This document shows positions 34,001 to 37,985 of a stretch of DNA of 64,000 nt, piece by piece. This DNA comes from Promethearchaeota archaeon (GTDB lineage: Archaea; Asgardarchaeota; Heimdallarchaeia; Hodarchaeales; Hodarchaeaceae). Positions within the stretch are counted from its first letter, which is position 1. Every line of letters begins with the position of its first letter. Where the stretch lies: assembly GCA_048938105.1 (NCBI GenBank), contig JBHLMN010000001.1, forward strand, positions 32,001 to 96,000, written 5' to 3'. A program made the position numbers and the translations under genes. The notes below the pieces were generated by a model. The model was not told where the DNA came from. It saw nothing but the letters and a program-made list of their open reading frames with translations, and did not search any database.

Positions 34001-36646
34001 TGAATCAGCAGAAACACTGAACGACGCGACACTGCTAGATATTGTGGTTTCGTCTCCAGTAGTAGGATTTGCAGGGTCTCTAAAAATAGAGACTTGATCA
34101 ATTTGTGCATCTGGAACTGAATAGGAAGTCCCTTTATAACGAATAATTCCTGTGAATGTGAGATCTGACGCATTATTCGGATTAATAGACGAATCATCTG
34201 AAGTAAAAGAAGAGACAACGATATCATGATTGAATGAATAAGTACTTATCGAATTTTCATTATCCGAATGTGCTAATGAGTCATTTACAAATGCCTCAAT
34301 TGGAATCCCTGTTCCTGTGGGAAAATCCCAGTCAAATGTAATGTCAAACGTTACTGATAAATCATTCACAGAGCCAGTTCCGCTTGCTGAACTTAGACTC
34401 ATGTTATTTAAGGGATCCCAGATTTCACTATAGCTACTATCAGTCCTATTGTATCCGACTGAGAATTCAACACCATTTACTGTAAAATTCAGTTGGACAT
34501 ATTCAATATCTGTATAGCCAGAGAGATCTGTCGCATTCACTCGAAAAGTATAATCTTTTCTCTGGGAATGAATTTCTCCCTCATCGTCATTAGTGACAGT
34601 AATTTCTGTTATTTCAGGTATATCATTTTCTTCACTATCAATAGTTATTGTTGGAGGAGTTTCCACCGCAGCCATCACTGCCCACACGCCTATTTTCATA
34701 TATGAAAAAGTAGTACTTTCGTAAAACGTTAGTGAACCACTTGAAGGAAGTCCACTTGCAGTGTGGCTTAATGTCCATGCACTTGGCTCGTTATTCCCAG
34801 TTGCCCAACGTTTTCCTTTAAGGGTATCTCCTACAATCTGGAATTTATAAAAATACCAAAGTGCAGTGGAGTAACCTCCACTTATTGAAGTATATTGGAT
34901 AGTAGAGCCAGTATATCGACGAAGAGATATGGCAGTTGAATTTTGATCTAAATAGAGATAATTTGGTCCACCAATGTTTGTCCTTAAACTAATAGAAGAG
35001 CTTGTGGAAGCTATTGCTTTATACATTACAAATACTTGAGTGTTATTGGTTACTAGATTTGATCGTTCAAGTGTCCCATAAGCTGTATTAGATCCTGACG
35101 CGATATTATTATTAGTCCACCATCCGATGTTGGTGGGTTTTGTTCCATCAGTTGTCGCAGCCCAAGATGTTGTAATATAGGAATTTAAGTTTCCACTGCT
35201 AAAGTCATCATAATCTATGAAGATTTTTGAAGTGTCTGAAGGAGGATTCCCAGGATCTCCGGACCGAAAACCATAATAAATTGCATAATTATGATCTGAT
35301 GAAGATGCAGTTATTGTTTTTTGGAGTTTAAAGAACACTGCAGTTTTTTGTGTATTATTTTTCAGAACCACCCTGTTTAGTTCATACCAGGTTGAATCAG
35401 TTTCGTTATAGTAGACCACTCGTAGATCCTTACAATCAGCTCGCAGTTTGGACGCAGAAACCAGAGTTTGTGTATCTAAATCTACTTGGATAGTATAATT
35501 TGTCCCAATTTCGGATCCTGCTGTTATTCTAACTTGCTTGACGTATTGGTAGTTGCTATTCCACCACGAAGGACTCCCTGTTATATCGCTAAACGCAAAA
35601 TTTGGTTGCAAATAGGGATATGCAACGTCAACTAATGGAGAAGTTGATTCCTCCTCAATAGTTGTATCAATATGCTCTGTTTCATTTAATTGTAAATCTA
35701 CTTCACTATCTTCGATCGTTTGCTCAATTTTGGGATAAACAACGCTAGCGCCTGTTCCTGATAGTGCCTGTAATTCAAATGCTGTTGATAAGTCCTTTAC
35801 CATTTGAAGTGAGAAATAACCATTTCCTAAATCTCGTCGTTCGTACACTCGGTTAAAGAATGTGAAACGCGTTACACCTTCCTCCTTTTCTTCAGGAAGA
35901 GAGGTGAGGATATTCTGCACTTGAGTGATTATTGTTAGGGGCATCATCAGAAGAATGATTCCAAATAACAGCAACAAAATGTTTCCAAACTGCTGTGGAT
36001 AAACTATTGATAAGCCAAATAATCCAATGGTTCCTAGGATGAGTAAGAATAACTGACTAGGGATCCCTGTTATTGGGGTCAAATGAAATCGTATTTGTTC
36101 AAATTGGATTCCTTTTAGGCTGTCACTGGCATTCCATGACGAGAAAGACACCTCAAAATATTCTAACTCTTTGAAAGCGGTAGTATTAAAATTAAATTGA
36201 ATGTTTGTTCCACGGTATAAATCCAAGGCATTTATTACTTGAACAGAGTTGTTCACTCCCTCAATAGTAGCCAATTCAAACGGAAAAACGTTAATTGTAA
36301 CATTATGTAACCCACCCCAACAAATAAAACTGGTAGTTTTGGTTGTGAATAACATTTGCATACGTAATGAGAGCATTTCAAAAGGTTCTTTGGGAGTCTT
36401 GAAGATGAACCGGAATTTATAGGCATCCTGTTCACTAATCGCCTCTTGGATCTTCATTCCACTTTCTGACCTATAACTCTGATTATGAAGCCCATTAGTA
36501 ATAGTTCCATCCTTCCCAAACGCGAAATAATTGCTAAAAGGATAAATTGTATTGTTTGGCTGATTCATGGACACTGATGATATCATTAAAACTAGGAGAA
36601 GCAATAAGATCGCTTTTAAAAAGTATTCTTGGTATTTTAGTGTCAT
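10076..36646 (-). CDS. Giant 8856-aa surface protein: signal, TM hairpin, DUF2341-like and lectin-like domains, dozens of ~116-aa Ig/cadherin-like repeats, TM, cytoplasmic longin/uDENN-like domain
   Basis: 26.6-kb uninterrupted ORF with GAGGA upstream. DUF2341-like WWNSNYQY...DLRVVYYN; repeated ES.YLYY...YYS[DN]...D..GN...DN..P units; TM PFVILLIIVILLAFAYITV; NFFDQVKGPVP; FAVPDPEARGG. Confidence 0.92.
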   Translation of the reverse strand: MTLKYQEYFLKAILLLLLVLMISSVSMNQPNNTIYPFSNYFAFGKDGTITNGLHNQSYRSESGMKIQEAISEQDAYKFRFIFKTPKEPFEMLSLRMQMLFTTKTTSFICWGGLHNVTINVFPFELATIEGVNNSVQVINALDLYRGTNIQFNFNTTAFKELEYFEVSFSSWNASDSLKGIQFEQIRFHLTPITGIPSQLFLLILGTIGLFGLSIVYPQQFGNILLLLFGIILLMMPLTIITQVQNILTSLPEEKEEGVTRFTFFNRVYERRDLGNGYFSLQMVKDLSTAFELQALSGTGASVVYPKIEQTIEDSEVDLQLNETEHIDTTIEEESTSPLVDVAYPYLQPNFAFSDITGSPSWWNSNYQYVKQVRITAGSEIGTNYTIQVDLDTQTLVSASKLRADCKDLRVVYYNETDSTWYELNRVVLKNNTQKTAVFFKLQKTITASSSDHNYAIYYGFRSGDPGNPPSDTSKIFIDYDDFSSGNLNSYITTSWAATTDGTKPTNIGWWTNNNIASGSNTAYGTLERSNLVTNNTQVFVMYKAIASTSSSISLRTNIGGPNYLYLDQNSTAISLRRYTGSTIQYTSISGGYSTALWYFYKFQIVGDTLKGKRWATGNNEPSAWTLSHTASGLPSSGSLTFYESTTFSYMKIGVWAVMAAVETPPTITIDSEENDIPEITEITVTNDDEGEIHSQRKDYTFRVNATDLSGYTDIEYVQLNFTVNGVEFSVGYNRTDSSYSEIWDPLNNMSLSSASGTGSVNDLSVTFDITFDWDFPTGTGIPIEAFVNDSLAHSDNENSISTYSFNHDIVVSSFTSDDSSINPNNASDLTFTGIIRYKGTSYSVPDAQIDQVSIFRDPANPTTGDETTISSSVASFSVSADSESTVGNYSYYPVVDLAGDGATHYLNNTNVEVAVDCVKITAITISSHKYNDGSRFWEDNDASDDEIWITVSAVWNYTSNPYAGEVYVGYVGNTGAYGATTGLIRNDVEENPPAGTIQERDDITVGSAIEGVQNVYGPQVYIDPTLAASLPDIGWDNAPPTIEHNPATTSELSDYLYYDTSSTYGYYSDNMGASPTDFIIGGTASDEGSGIASLTDNTDFGGNPSMGGSYSSWIYTYEITSGDTSYGTFVITYTVTDYVGNTNTTEFEFRIDNTNPTIAHSSGTTSESSDYLYYEGSTTYGYYSDNMDSVDTDFIVGGTASDGGAGLLSIEDDTTFGNNLPRGGTLTSWTFTYEIDQGDAGNSTFTVTYIAIDRVNNSNTVSFEFREDNTDPTITHNPGTTSEASNYLYYDGSSAYGYYSDNMGVIDTNFVVGGTASDSGAGLVSIVDNTSFGNDPSRGGSLASWSFTYVIDQGDKNNGTFRVKYTATDFVNNTAITIFTFREDNNDPTITHEPSATNETSPYLYYDTLSNYGYYSDNMEGTKQTFNVGGTASDGGAGLQYVQDNTIFGDNPSYSGSLTAWTFAYTIDSGDSSFGSFTVNYIVNDKVGNTKTTSFTFYEDNTAPNIDHDPSTTSEASDFLFYDSASGYGYYSDNMGTADTNFIVGGTAGDDGGVGLLSIEDDTSFGNNPPQGGFLISWTFTYEIDQGDKNNGTFLITYTAKDHVGNTNTTSFQFREDNTNPTITHNPSATSESSDYLFYGGSAAYGYYSDNMGPVDTNFIIGGTASDGGVGLLAIEDDTFFGNNPPRGGSLTSWTFTYAIDQGDKNNGTFTVTYKATDKVNNSNIVTFQFREDNDNPSATIDYSHQYETAYGEYLYWDASNSKWWYGVNMGLNEANFTVGIDASDGTGAGLKNASAASDLGGTLAERTDETEDTQAGRTYDVPVVDINSADIGPNINLVLTITDQVGNINNSCTILISRDNTNPTIGHNPSTTSESSPYLYYDGSSAHGYYSDNMELTTVTFIVGGTANDADAGMQLVTDNTTTFGDNPSRGGSLSSWTFSYTIDSDDSSEGTFNIIYTATDNVGNNGTTLFEFRVDNTDPTNNHDPSTTSESSNYLYYDNVAAYGYYSNNMGSTPTDFVVGGTASDGGAGLLSIIDNTTFGTDPSNSGSLTDWIFTYSITSGDSAQHTFVIMYTATDRVGNTKPAYFEFKEDNTIPAITHNPGATSESSPYLYYEGSAAYGYYSDNMGSVDNDFIIGGTASDGGVGLLAVEDDTAFGNNPPRGGSLTSWTFTYAIDQGDKNNGTFTVTYKAIDRVNNSNIITFEFREDNTDPTIGISTSTTTEDSPYLYYDGSSTHGYYSDNMDSIDTNFVVGGTASDGGADLLSIEDDTTFGNDLPRGGTLTSWTFTYEIDQGDAGNGTFSVTYNATDNVGNFFTTSFEFREDNTDPTIDFSSSTTTEASAYLYYDGSSTHGYYSDNMGPVGTDFVIGGTASDGGAGLLSIVDNTTFGKDPGMGGTLSSWTFTYNITQGDFGNGIFRVKYTATDLVNNTAIMTFEFREDNDDPSAISIADYYDNTDNNGDGYLPTKGNTTIQAFYDDSTFNATVYRTEDGSGIYILKIKSNTTGTYGDSVTDGSNVSCPLTAETINTIWYQVVDNVGNNATSTFSPNIDVYYSTETPTGMDIDIIGTGIWTLAAPSYAWISDSSDITSGELFLGNGGDTEWSISMDSSGDWGNSGPWRVVFSEGWGIASPVNDSSPPFSSTDLSENYHSNTGAIGSITVDIINQCGLSQRVTLITTADTTGPTMASITASGNDGSPVAGWDQDGSGFSINPSPIADGASGINTVVFDVDDNSPDAYNSSDDPFVYPVDIGDDGDYTFWAVAVDKVGNYGLFNRSYEVHVDTINPKSITTNFILPDYSPNWYDQGETGFANYSISFNEVNVYSIQVVCNLNGDQASDAGQGQSSPFYSIINLDPSYTDGVTFITITIRDKAGRTNTTFTGINNITLDDTAPSATIDYTHQYEVANGQEDYIYWNGSIWWYGDDMGSSEAKFTVGVNTDDGTGVGLNYAIAAANLGGSPEDRTDDTEDTEAGRTYDVPVVNITNADSWSGSLLITVYDLLGNAGTTSITISRDIINPSSYWLILDADPKTIGYAPNTNYYDDPTVDFTVGGTATDGTGSGLPGSPYGFSYDGAAFVWQSEITKQYTMTEANHTVDLKVIDHVGNEGDNSTQWVIVDTDSPEGFTLDWDRADGAPFDNAFFDGSSIYFDSQQNDYFTVTVLNTGDINNSGFWKIEWDKNNTFGVAINDTSGLPDLKDFNYWGDKNGTFIIRIINNAGNYLEFQYDAIELVGQIIITIDSAFISESSPYLYYDGSSDFGYYSDNMGSTSVDFTVGGTVSTETGTLFIVRDDTSFGNNPLNDSLSGTSDTWSFTYSINSSDSIFNTFIITFTAFIVETSSINASDTFEFRLDNTNPSIAHNPVTTSESSNYLYYDGSSAHGYYSDNMGAVDTNFIVGGTASDGGADLLSIEDDTAFGNDLPRGGTLASWIFTYAIDQGDAGNGTFTVTYTATDNVANTAIASFELREDNTNPSIAYNPVSTSELSDYLYYDGSSDHGFYSDNMGLTLTDFIVGGDASDGSGSGLLSITDNTLFGNDPIRGGSLNAWTFTYKIDSGDSIIYDDVTITYTATDNVNNSFIDTFQFREDNTAPNVAIDLVDNPSGSPYLYIIGTYFYFSNLMDPSGVDVVINGTINDGDSGYLTVNFTTHFGDSPPEDVGTPVWEATYTIHANDLEQSYPETNIIITGVDRVNNTDIKTVTFLKDKIKPTITVIGFTEDAIKEYMHPVNETLLYYSNKSTGTPLFTVTVLAEESIPSINSGVKKASFPEIFGGDNYDNTSTKNGTSHARYWQWQYSIQPTNKTGSYTITIYDQVGNSNSADFKLHLDITKPSVNVINIIIPDSEYLYKESSTSLFYSNKHLTMHELFRVRVTVDDTESNRSHANGTIFNDQDTSSDYSNNYYQLTYWVDYNEFEGGSVAITGYDLVGNNETSYLTVKLDNNPPTPVIYYVYTTTEHLYYNSTGTKRLYYSDDQVMFADFTIQVTADDGTGAGLLNATGEAKFGETVRLDTTYDEGYNLTYQININELEPITTNITIWVFDQVGNNEIVKLLCLEDNDPPSSLLITNVIETSPFIYYDVSRKILFYSNDQPQDESFSIRITAADAKVGLKNATGEENEFNDTNINDINYLPKGYYELSYIISQSDYATEGKVVYTVYDLCGNWNTVNLTATLDNKAPQDVFIDQVIEGSNYIYLKNDSGSLTLYVSTLSLSSETFSIYINNTEPSSESGRLLANGSLYFGESPSTTSYQYVLTYSIDPGDTAFNGTSIVIETYDKVGNKNSTSLPIYVDHTPPHKTSLFFNDHESDYLHDDGTQFFFSANMLSVQTMTINGTASDGGGVGVHRIISENAFGSTFSPNYGTYWSFDYEIDSLDSEQYTTGFIRIFLIDRVNNSRQVDVPYVSDNEGPSSVNIHEITEDLLAEYLHYVSGTTAILWYSNVRTDKGPRKFTVKVTSVDTGGAGLRNASFPDIGAGFSSGGYDTNYALDFWNYSYTALNGAHNGSVTIKVWDNVANSNTTSFYLYLDNTGPKNLAFSELTEDSVFIHYTGTTLYYSNDPSIISPQIFTLKISAKDIHSGLFSGNGSYDFGEQHNTTSSDGYFSLQYGIEAGESASNNLLSINVYDNVGNNETFYLTCVNDATPPAQPTIIGIIESSCNIYYNSSTKILWYSSDQTMSDSFTIRITTSDSQSGLHKATGSLEFGSTPSDLSYTPENYYQLPYVIDTGEGTSGGITITIYDRVNNSNEYTLQVNLDDTPPKSLTIEYVDTYSSEYLYYNITLQNHTLYYSNDQEMNEQFSIFVTAHDGSGVGLFNATGENDFGDVGVSDSDYVSNYVLHYNIGQSENATNNETIIWVYDRVGNSATVNLTSVLDNDPPVLVVLHHLEENSDYLYYDETKKIFFYSSDQSMNDEFTLQLNVTERSSGVKNVTGSSDFGETTPFTTTNSTGQFWIQYTVSESETAGVDNKIIITVYDRVGNINNNYELSAILDDDPPAQIQIEGIIESSEFLYYDGTILFYSNYRTLQNEVFNVNITCEDLASGRLIVKGGTAFGEQPSSSDYTNDYYLISYTVSYEETSPTQFSVTVYDNVNNYESRPVNCTKDNFSPHSLSILDVIESSDFLYYNGSSKELYYSNQNPTMSESFTIRITCIDDDAGRLNATGEPDFGDPKPGDISYLPGNYYELDYTVDPGNIATKGYIQLFIFDRVGNNESINLVCRLDNTAPTGDIDTIIESSPHLFYNDGTERFYFSNNQGMSDSFTIRVTSTDVGINQSGRLNATGEYEFLDSGVGDTDYSTYYELVYTIDENDGVSDENVTIKLYDRVGNYLELNLTCIEDNIAPTFIHIDSVQVYNSYYLYYATSTNTLFYNNQNPMNDPVRINITASDGTGAGLRSVNGSIDFNEQHNSTEYLPSWGYSLVYYVNSGETASDNEIRFYVYDKVGNYASNKTNAFLDITEPYVAIQTVIEDSEYLHYSGGVLYYSNHTIGMHEKFTIRVIGSDSGGAGKLNATGEDDFNSFDVGDTDYTTYYELEYYVDYGGYASEGSVSIYFFDRVGNSKTTSLPCTLDNTPPSGLAIESVGENAVNLYYEPGIGLFYSNDTIGLDSEFYVIILASDPISMLQNATGSLDFGEFGFDLSYSNGYNLSYIVSYDEDVGDDEKIVIKVFDHVGNYNTINLSCIVDNTPPTITIEYPDSKVWNKTDGGVSLFGGNVFDNGGTYKSGIDTNSYAFTEFDEVISSYIGSPNQSFVNEAPGGNTWRNTFNITTIDNANVTLTVYVSDRVGNRNKYSVQVWHDDTDPSISYNWIIFLGGDDELLEAGKTTDVYYSINDNASIYFDIDFDVSGLGSPSFFSGLFSAEYQTDDGSGWYTIFDYSSDPSLIDFTDDWQILNWIDTLFNGPNTIDLRVTDEAGNVFTHNYIPGTSGFNFLLTKNGPAIATASVLGNEQYISDTTIYDWDGTDFILNFNYTSVAPLDQISIYSDQNAIIQVYNFADLQWSNDGNNYYLSNKLINYDFGTEGNRSIFIRAKDSTEWYSSWTQMWLFVDEYVPEISLSTITELNLSWTIYANAADKKLYFSDKMGNSHAGFNVTVNAVDSGSGMTGGFVHFEDFDSGAVASQDVVDTAVFWVNSLTTNGIWVQAYAVDASNRTSNVESLVQVVQDVTDPVVDIMSVIESSEFLYNVGNTMLYYSNYHVGMHELFEVRVTVDDGSGSGRVNATGTAFLETDSSTDYTAGYYSLYYFVDKDDLEGASITITGYDLVGNSATDSLPLANDNDPPDPLTIVNVDDSFSDYLYYDGTLYYSSDQSMNDPFIIYLTAIESSSGIQNVTGSFDFNEFASSFKESGGFYNLTYNVGTGESASGGKITLTVFDNVGNSKNINLSCILDDDRPEFVTIEGIIKDSFLLYYSGTTLYYSNWHSSQDEQFSINITSNDLISGLMRVDGSMAFTDSPSSSDYSQGYYLVDYTVMKDETAPEDQITITVYDQVMNSRSTTLTLQKDNTKPSISINTVVETSPYLYYNDSSKKFYFSNDQPMSDQFTIQITGSDTGGAGRFNATGEADFNDPISGDPSYLPQNYYQLNYTVDLGDPVSNGYIRIWLYDRVGNNNSIDLTCIEDNVAPSGSIEEVVESSPHLYYNSTSGEFYYSNDQVFSVSFSISVTASDNVVGASLQKIVGEDDFNNSGVFDNDYSDYYWLTYFISKSDYATEGQLELTLYDNVGNTFPINLICHRDNDPPKIDLAKMAIDEHTDYTHYLKDGTQILWYSNRMPFDIDFQITVTTNDSTFPSDSGLYRIRFPTFFNTTVFNTTNPTQTYYISNASSSSGFMTFTSFDNCGNSASTSLEVRRDNTKPKGFIISIEETPESLFVHETQDLESYNTNGFIPELWYSDNMGLSAVPVNITLNATDPGSVFAGIANITFPGIGTEGVQEVTSTTIYYSRTYTLSTSDDTTATIDFTIIDNVYNAYIVRLHVIKDTTPPTIHFTDVTDPIYDVIGTELDNDSNWYDQGVLTSGFMISSAPLDLPNGPYPKSGIYTVYLDWVSTGSPDRMGVDLGKDGDGTIFGIENDTDGIITLTLTAYDHVGNTNQTSITIQFDNTKPVYFDNTVLHQNGNISLSGQAFDAGSDVQNITIRDLSGNHFQNIISEDFADWTVNNNSAFNDITPSQNVLIELEVYDNVHNSIKYNATITYHTLSFFVLKHNIPKHVEIDDPGVWDIIIGIEYDNKIINKSNNIIDRRVNETQFVVQIAGTSMPINSLIWAPTDEHNFTLAISLPGRSAIENLTIGATFGEQLRLIWAILDSNIEVEIDYQKSDVVIYHDLEIKYEEDNVEIIETDNTDNDIMNVTLYLEKDYSPYTGNLAIENIIFTVNETQATFLGAEHLGNGYHNITIQLPQHLDTGSKDLDFVWTLGTGIYQYVVESNTSAAEKPAGIVIYHDIVIDASIPESLRVFEVDGDFYFLVNFTVTEDKGDKSYDLIDNSDLQCLIIKGQDLTYLIDNNDSTSLGNYFFDFTLTDDITPKSWVGDILVRFRIQNPISELYEWGETYIQGHDLQMTINTIETTRVGSDLHEFDPDDRTTFYITFTVQDSNGTISPVTTLNASNFVWMDLINVESANENVSLDNIVDWFDFQDPPTPGKYIIEFVLDSIQASELGLNFINLILTINDKFGHNVTNSKVDLESKDFVTLLGLEWIITPYGRFNFTEVNATLDYTFRLSVGDEITVCFKIYKLEVPGKIPTTDKVTIFWDHTPWNATDTLWYSPDESEFVNITVKSDRLSPSRPFIAYAEGNSEKQFSLAPWRFYLEWAKIQATTEAVDDNTEDDNNSVLNVNGMYDLTYSAQIYRSSKASLVKTGGVIFNINIELWQFLGGQWVSLNPFSIDHSDGSGNITSTFHNGTTKVGIIKIIDEMENIDDADGQINIQLKFSEVIKVNLDVRIADEMNEGSNKAYRFYSSYPEEYEYPGSVFSYINETADADYKATVIWTKFQVRMWAADSRIPQLTSCKIHVEAFYAHDFSIPLDGVLLTIRDNVSAAETSNNVWVNHRIKFEGITHTVNKVMFNITKDGFKDQKFGITVFEHITTKARDIRVEIIWDRVIFRISLAEPWGSLLRFNVNTHGSVQIQAYYEYDNTPFNGVITVLHDYYQNISLAPQYWNVSVPVTLPILYQDEPGDALFLIEDIVSDKWGLSVNETRLGFQVLSTTEDVPFLSLSWDRIIIKFPDETIFQPGESITISLIAEYESDHKAVTNLIYNLTKDGEMVPEIAEVNRTLKFFSDHEMYSINHTYQIIDAYDPITGLTGAYSVIKEVNPFVSISWYDTLAPILLEQTLIDFGDGTLGIGVMVTDDKPEKYFGSGIEEVTAWLTIERSPRPGRRVTLDLFTNTSSGLFYFIVISTDTTSVRDNFYYNARLNYTIQIKDKRGNTVSYEFPTKLVFDSLAPKIAFLELRYDDSSDGNLTIAINASDFWSGLETASIRFFDPTTSSWMEPHNMNYREINGTTREFWFNSIFDVGATVKYQLNVTDNFGNSGIIKGSILITDEAGPQLVDCVFKYNPFGEFSIEIEVGDNGAQIDNATLYYYIKGKGVPVSLDEVLSGGSGGSLLQSPNYLYKKTFTKKFTILDFLSSNTVQFKLSLTDSEGNERIITNSELSKFLAGLSPEGFAIPPASFELISNPFVILLIIVILLAFAYITVQRLRTIRGFDKGKIMDDLVKVADNEVWEQNDNISIGLVANFFDQVKGPVPIIVFPDKMRTSEAMLASLADRSFSTLGFVAKPEEDKHATFRFQVGGERCTVFGYAFAVPDPEARGGQENLSICFVIRPPFGNLENINKFLNELLENIRKIRELMASQADVKVVQKEMENTRNFFTRVMLLFRRKYKQEFIE
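25880..26940 (-). repeat. Three further copies of the same ~348-bp unit
   Basis: G[YF]YSDNMG anchors near 26863, 26501 and 26153; DNA near 26330-26560 closely matches 29750-29960 and 32920-33110. Confidence 0.85.
29330..33540 (-). repeat. In-frame tandem repeat array, 348/351-bp unit (116/117 aa): 6 units, one divergent unit, then 5 units
   Basis: The GYYSDNM-type anchor recurs at about 33440, 33092, 32744, 32396, 32048, 31697 and then 30968, 30617, 30269, 29921, 29573. Confidence 0.9.
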
Positions 36647-36807
36647 TTTCTATCCTCAAGAAAACAGAGCTATTTTTTGTCGGACTTTTGAAAAGCATTT
36701 GGTTGAAATGGAATATTATATCCATTTCTTGTCTATCTACAAGAGATCCTTCTTCACTTGATATAAGCAGATATTATGCTGATATTAGGAATATCACTTA
36801 ATTCTAT

Positions 36808-36817
36808 ATTTATATAA
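36808..36817 (-). promoter_or_regulatory. Candidate TATA box for the giant-protein operon
   Basis: TTATATAAAT on the minus strand, about 160 bp upstream of the 36646 ATG; an AT-rich background weakens this. Confidence 0.3.
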
Positions 36818-36995
36818 CCCTAACAGGGAAATTCTGGAATTTTTACTTTTAACCTCTTCCGAATGGGAGGACGTAAAGATTTCAACCGAACAGAGTGCTA
36901 AGATGATAATCTACCACATCTTATGACTTAAAATTAATTCTTTTCCTCCTCACTTCTTTAGGGAGATTGTTCTACATTTTTTTTACAGGAATTCT

Positions 36996-37904
36996 TTAAA
37001 ATTTAGAAGTGAGAAATTCTGCTATTTCTGTGGGACTTTTTCCAAACAGATAAAGGATAGCTTCGAGGCCGACTCCTCCAGCATCAGCAATTACTTCAAT
37101 TTTTCTAATTTCTTCACTAGAAAATGTTTCAAGGGTTTTTTTCCAATTTTTATCGGCTTCCTCAGTTTTAACGATGTATTTTTCTGATTCCAGCGTTTTT
37201 AAAATCTCTTCTGTGTTTCGTAAAGATATTACTGATCTATGAGCTGACCCATGTTTTCTAAAATGAATTAGGATTTGAGCGAGAGTGAACCCTTGTTGAA
37301 ATTCGGGAGAAGAGACAATTCTCCCTTTTCCTTTGATTTTGATTATTCTACCAGGAAAACCAGCAACATCGGCTAATGTTTGACTATTCTTGGCTAGACT
37401 TACAAACTGACATCCAATTTCAGGAATTAATTGACCAAATGCTTCTCCAGTGTTAACTAATCTTTGTCCTGCTTCAAACAGTTCTCTTGTCGTCTGGAGT
37501 TTTTGGTTGAAAACTTCAGTTTGTACTGCTGATGGAAAGCATAGGTTACAATCAGGGGGAAAATCCAATGAAGTTTTCTTTCTATGAACGTCACATAATG
37601 GTCCAGCAGTTCTGAATTGTTGACATTCTTGACAAATGATTTCCATAAGATCTAATACTGCTGTTGAATCGCTCTTAATTCTCAATACAAGATTAGAAAC
37701 TAGCTCTTTAAAAGCAGGTCTTGATGTTACAGGAGTGGGAGGAGACTTTGGTGCCTTTAAATAGGATGAAACTACAGGTTGTGAAACACCGAGAAGTTGT
37801 GCGATCTCTATCTGAACAAAACCCTGATTAGCTAATTCTTGAGCCAAAGCTTTTCGCAGGGGAGTTAAGAAGCTCGATGGGACGATTTCGCAAATAAAAT
37901 GCAT
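36996..37904 (-). CDS. thiR: ThiR-type regulator (N-terminal HTH plus ThiN/thiamine-phosphate synthase-like domain)
   Basis: HTH QIEIAQLLGVSQPVVSSYL; Cys motifs; ThiN-like LIPEIG, DVAGFPGRII, DAGGVGLEAILYLFG; next to thiamine transporter genes. Confidence 0.8.
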   Translation of the reverse strand: MHFICEIVPSSFLTPLRKALAQELANQGFVQIEIAQLLGVSQPVVSSYLKAPKSPPTPVTSRPAFKELVSNLVLRIKSDSTAVLDLMEIICQECQQFRTAGPLCDVHRKKTSLDFPPDCNLCFPSAVQTEVFNQKLQTTRELFEAGQRLVNTGEAFGQLIPEIGCQFVSLAKNSQTLADVAGFPGRIIKIKGKGRIVSSPEFQQGFTLAQILIHFRKHGSAHRSVISLRNTEEILKTLESEKYIVKTEEADKNWKKTLETFSSEEIRKIEVIADAGGVGLEAILYLFGKSPTEIAEFLTSKF

Positions 37905-37985
37905 ATAATCACATAATTAAATTCTATTACTTACGACTTATTTTTTTTATCAAAAGGTGAACATCATTAAAATATTGCTTATTTT

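Noticed and set aside
10083-36801. Many 60-90 aa ORFs on the + strand or in alternative frames within the giant gene
   Set aside because: Shadow ORFs of a long, biased coding sequence; they have no motifs and some recur simply because the repeats recur.
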